Assembly (NCBI GenBank): GCA_016748015.1
Contig: JAAOMT010000109.1
Span: 21,820 to 85,819, forward strand
Origin: Geosiphon pyriformis uo1
Taxonomy: Eukaryota; Fungi; Glomeromycota
Length of the DNA: 64,000 bases
Direction of reading: 5' to 3'
Shown: positions 62,718 to 64,000 of the stretch, in pieces
Position numbering within the stretch: the stretch's first letter is position 1
Layout: each line of letters starts with the position of its first letter
Made by a program: the position numbers and the translations under genes
The notes under the pieces: generated by a model
Database searches by the model: none
Seen by the model: the letters and a program-made list of their open reading frames with translations, nothing else
Told to the model about the DNA's origin: nothing

Positions 62718-63319
62718 CCACTCTTTTTGTTTTAAAAATAATTGCAGCCAAATCCAGAAGAGGCCCACTATTAATACCAATCATGCTATTGTTTTTGTTA
62801 TTACTAAATATACTGTCCACATTCGAATATATACTATTGTTTAATCCAGACTTTACCAAAGATATATTTTTTTTATCACTAGAGTGTTTGACATTTTCAA
62901 AAACAACTTTTTTTTTCTGAAAGAAAAAACTACCAGCAAGACTATAAAAAGCACTTTTAGATCCTTTTTTTTTAGATATGCTACTACTTAAAGCCATTTT
63001 TAAGTTCACAATAAAAAGATTGTTAGTTAAAAAAATATTGAAATAAAATAACAAGAAAAAATAAAACTTTTTTATTAAAAAAAATGCTCTTTAGAGAATT
63101 TTAAATATAGGAAAAAAAGAAGTTTTTTTGATATTTTTTTAGATTAAAAAAGTAAATTTTATTATAGTTAGTATTATAAAACATCTTGATAATATAGTAC
63201 TTATTTTTTTAAAATTTAGAATTAGATATAATTTAAAAATATCAAATTTTATTCTTTTTCTTTAACCCATTTTTTTTAATATAGTTTTCAATAGTTATAT
63301 AAATAAAAAATAACATAAT

Positions 63320-64000
63320 TTTATTATTATTATATATTACAAATGATATTTAAATGCTACCTAATATCATATATCATATAAGTAATCTAAATTAGGTACA
63401 AATTATGCTCTTACTACATGTAATCAGTCACTCAGGCCAATTAAAACAACACTAAGTAACTACATAAACTGAAGCTAAGTTACTAATATCTGAAAAAAAT
63501 AAGCAAGATCTATAAAGACCAAAATGAATACCAAATACCTCAGCAATTTCAAACAACTTAACAACATCAGCAAAAAACCCCCAAAAAAGCCCAAAAACTG
63601 AAACAAAAATTGAACTATTAAGTAAGATCAATCTATTTCTTTTTATAAAAGCATAATGTTTAGTATAAACCGACCAAATATTATCTCTGAAAGTGAAACA
63701 AAGAGCACACAAAAATTTCACAACCCTTCAACTTGCAATTTTGGGATTATGAAAGACAAAAATAGCTTTTTGGAGCTAACTCTTAAAAACAAAACCCTTA
63801 TAAAGAGCTGTATATACAGAAACATCAGAAGCACAAAATAACAGAAGCTGAAAAACATGAAAAAAGGAGCAAAAAAAACCAGAAACACCCTCTAGTAAGC
63901 TGCATAGGCATTTAACAATTGACAATAAATAGAATTGTCAGCTTTATAAGAGGGCACATAATCTAAAATCTTAACATTATTACAATACAAACATAATCAT
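63320..64000 (-). mobile_element. LINE-f 3' end (ORF2 C-terminus, 3' UTR, TAA-rich tail); continues beyond the window
   Basis: ORF 63452-63721 matches LINE ORF2 C-termini (..GIHFG..CLFFS..VYVVT*); LYTALYKGFVFK motif; conserved 3' UTR. Confidence 0.88.

Larger units (their letters stand above)
54720..63115 (-). mobile_element. LINE-e, full length on the minus strand, interrupted by two solo LTRs, (TAA)n tail
   Basis: 5' motif at ~63080-63110; ORF1 ~63010->60259; ORF2 from ~60262 (NDFVWKIAICNIQ, LSGNFND, TIDYIFV); RT ~58700-57750; RNase H ~56930-55600; 3' UTR ~54745-54860; TTA repeat 54720-54742. Confidence 0.92.

Overview
This 64 kb window is very AT-rich, almost CpG-free eukaryotic DNA made almost entirely of nested, decayed retrotransposons. 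I found no host gene, RNA gene or CRISPR array. The protein families look like those I recall from Glomeromycotina fungi, especially Geosiphon pyriformis (recollection, not a search). Contents: (i) six copies or fragments of a LINE superfamily (ORF1 with RRM-like domains; ORF2 with APE endonuclease, RT with an FVDD-type motif, RNase H and CCHC; conserved ~130 bp 3' UTR; A or TAA tail); (ii) three Ty3/Gypsy proviruses of two families, A (3.6-12.2 kb and 40.5-49.0 kb) and B (21.9-29.6 kb), plus two solo LTRs, with 4-bp TSDs wherever both flanks are intact; (iii) a ~2.27 kb ORF1-only, poly(A)-tailed, TSD-flanked non-autonomous retroelement that shares the LINE 3' tail (two full copies and one 5' fragment), i.e. 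a fungal 'half-LINE'. The Gypsy elements are unusual. Integrase appears to be a separate ORF behind stop codons, and both families carry a non-env ORF3. Family A has a dUTPase and a large Cys-rich insert between PR and RT, while family B uses a UUUAAAC -1 frameshift. All elements show pervasive C->T/G->A decay that includes CpA sites. Coordinates were read by eye and may be off by a few bases at decayed ends.
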